From the NCBI GenBank assembly GCA_001662655.1, contig KV460291.1: DNA of 64,000 bases; one strand, given 5' to 3'. The notes beneath the pieces were generated by a model that saw only the letters and a program-made list of their open reading frames with translations, made no database searches and was not told the origin of the DNA. Positions 61,769 through 64,000 of the stretch are shown here, in pieces. The first letter of the stretch is position 1, and each line of letters starts with the position of its first letter. The stretch is from Pseudogymnoascus verrucosus (lineage: Eukaryota). Position numbers and translations under genes: made by a program.

Positions 61769-62979
61769 ATGGCGCAATCGAAGGGGAAGGGTCGGGCTAC
61801 CAACGGTCTTACAAGCAAACCAGGCGTAATCGGGGCGGTTGCCAGATTTTGGCAGAAGACATATGCCCCGGATTATGTTGGCCTAGCAGTCCTTATAGCT
61901 GCTTATATTGTGGTATGAACCTCGTCATGACTTCTAAATGACTTTGGCTGACATGTTGCGTGTGGATGAAGCTCGAGTTCAACACCACACCATTCCATAG
62001 ATTATTCGAACTGGGCAACATCGACCTTGCCTACCCTCATGCGGAACATGAAAGGGTTCCAGTCTGTGAGTCTCAGTCTTTAGATTACTCCACCTCTATA
62101 CTCGTACGGCCCCAGGGTGTTCGTAAGGCGTGTGCGAAGCAACGAGCAAGATGTCACCAGTTATCCATTCATACGGAGAATCTAGAACTTTCAGCGGCTA
62201 CTTCAGCACAGCCCCTATGAATACTTCCGAGCCACACAGGCGCCTTTCAGAGCACTGGCTAACTATAGTTAGCAATGATGTTCCTCTACGGTGGCGGCGT
62301 CCCCCTCATCGTAATGGCTCTCTGGCTCGCCATCTCCCGCGCCGGGTTCCACAAGTCCCACGTTACCATACTCTCATTCTTCATTGGCATGCTGTTAACG
62401 GCTGTCATTACCGACCTTATCAAAAATGCCGTCGGCCGGCCACGGCCTGACCTCATTTCCCGCTGCAAAGCGAAGGCGGGCACACCTCTTCATACACTCG
62501 TCTCATGGGAAGTTTGCACAGAGACTGACCACCACCGTCTCCATGATGGATGGCGCTCTTTCCCTAGCGGGCACTCCAGCTTCTCATTCTCTGGCTTGGG
62601 CTTCCTGGCGTTGTTCCTCTCCGGTCAGATGCACGTTTTCCGTCGCGAGGGTGACTTGGCAAGGGGCCTATTAGCCTTGGCACCGCTGGTGCTTGCAGGC
62701 TGGGTTGCAATTTCGCGATGCGAGGACTACCGCCACGATGTGTATGATGTTACTATTGGCAGTGCTTTGGGGATGATTGTTGCTCATTGGAGCTACCGAC
62801 GATTTTATCCGCGTCTGAGGAATGTGAATTGCGATGCTCCGTATGCATCGCGGACGTCAGCTGCATCTGGAGGTGGATTTGCGAAGGTCGGAACCGATGA
62901 GGAGGCGGCAGTTATGCATGAAGGGACTGGGCCGAGTGCGTTCAATCTCGGTGAGATTGATAGCGGAGACTCAGACTGA
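61769..62979 (+). CDS. DPP1: PAP2-family diacylglycerol pyrophosphate/lipid phosphate phosphatase, 3 exons
   Basis: Catalytic motifs KNAVGRPRPD, SFPSGHSS and SRCEDYRHDVYDV; multiple TM segments. Confidence 0.85.
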
Positions 62980-63262
62980 AAGGCCAATTCTTCATGGGTT
63001 TTCGGGGTGATTGAGCACTTTTGATTTAGCACCTGAGCGAAAGGAGTGAATCATGTATGAATATTTTGCGGGGAGCTTTAGGGCTCTTATGAAGATGGGT
63101 GTATATATCTACGGATTATGAGCTACACTGGATGTTTATAAATGGACATAGCATGAGCACAAATGACGATACGAAGGAAGCATTGAATTGTTCAAAGTTC
63201 TTGTCATTTCTCTCGCTCTAGCATAAAAGTACAATGGTTACTCAGCCAACTTTCGTGATATT

Positions 63263-64000
63263 CTAGGTGACAACTCTATCGCCGTCGCTGGTATCTTCCT
63301 TCGCTAAGTCGTTCTCCTTCAGTAGCGTTTCGATCTCCTCCGCGCTCCATAAGTGATGGTATATCTTGCCCTCCTTCGTCTTGCCAACAGTTGCAAACTC
63401 GACTGTAAAATATGTTAGTTTCCTTGATTAGAAATCAAAGCGCACACAGGAGACTTACTCTTCTCGCTGCTAAGCTTTGTCGCATCCATCGTCTTGCTCA
63501 GCACCTTCACGGCCATCACGCACGCCTCCTTGAGGTTGCAATCCTCCTTGTAATCCTGCTTCAGCAAGCTTTGGGCGCTTGCGTTATTTGCTCCCACGCT
63601 TGTTGCCTTCCACCCGCCGTAGTTGCCACTGGGGTTGCTCTGGTACAGCTGGAACTGCCTTTGGGGGTCGTAACCTGCGTAAATGAACGAAACACCGAAT
63701 GGGCGCAGACCACCGTGCTGCGTGTAGCCTTGCTTGAGATCGCATAACCTCCTCACAAGCTGTTCGCATGGGATATCTTCGTTGTAGGTAAGGAGGTAGC
63801 GCTGGGCGGCTTGACGGGCGTAGTTGATGAGGATGTTTGCGTCGGAGACCATGCCTGCTACTGCGCAGATCATGTTGCTATAGAGAGTTTAGAATTCATC
63901 CTGCTGAACAGAGTATCTGGCCACGTACTCGTTCAAGATGTAGAGCTTCTCAGCTGAGGTATCTTGCTCCAGGAGCTTGCTGGTAACCTTCCTCTCGGCC
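63263..64000 (-). CDS. PRE9: 20S proteasome alpha-3 subunit, 5' part outside the window
   Basis: [65 protein letters not shown]. Confidence 0.93.

Overview
Eukaryotic DNA from a filamentous ascomycete (short GT..AG introns with CTAAC/CTGAC branch points; gene content compatible with a Leotiomycete, genus not determinable from this window alone). Most of it is conserved housekeeping genes: BFR2, IND1/NUBPL, PCK1, a mannose-1-phosphate guanylyltransferase-like gene, a HIT protein, an isoaspartyl peptidase/asparaginase, TIM17, DUG2, EMP65/TAPT1, MED7, DPP1-like PAP2 and PRE9. Several accessory features stand out. (1) A four-gene rhamnogalacturonan-use cluster at 3.6-12.8 kb: MFS permease, cytosolic GH105 and two secreted PL4 lyases. 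(2) The most unusual feature, a ~7.3-kb head-to-tail array at 13.6-20.9 kb of 13 diverged ~330-690-bp cassettes. Each cassette has a conserved non-coding leader (GTATCGTATGAGGATT...TATCACCTCATT..TTCYTAGAAA..ATATAA) followed by an intronless ORF for a ~65-115-aa protein: Pro-rich N-terminus (some with PPxY and R-x-TQT motifs), an LEKLxxLDxxLxxYxP helix and a long C-terminal hydrophobic anchor. About half the copies are pseudogenised. (3) A 54-aa Cys-rich CaaX-ending microprotein. (4) A SesA/HeLo-like N-terminal domain gene fused to a PP4R3/Psy2-type EVH1 domain. (5) A DNMT1/Masc2-type cytosine methyltransferase and an Mx-like dynamin. All family assignments come from motif recognition by eye, not database searches. 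Exon boundaries are approximate.
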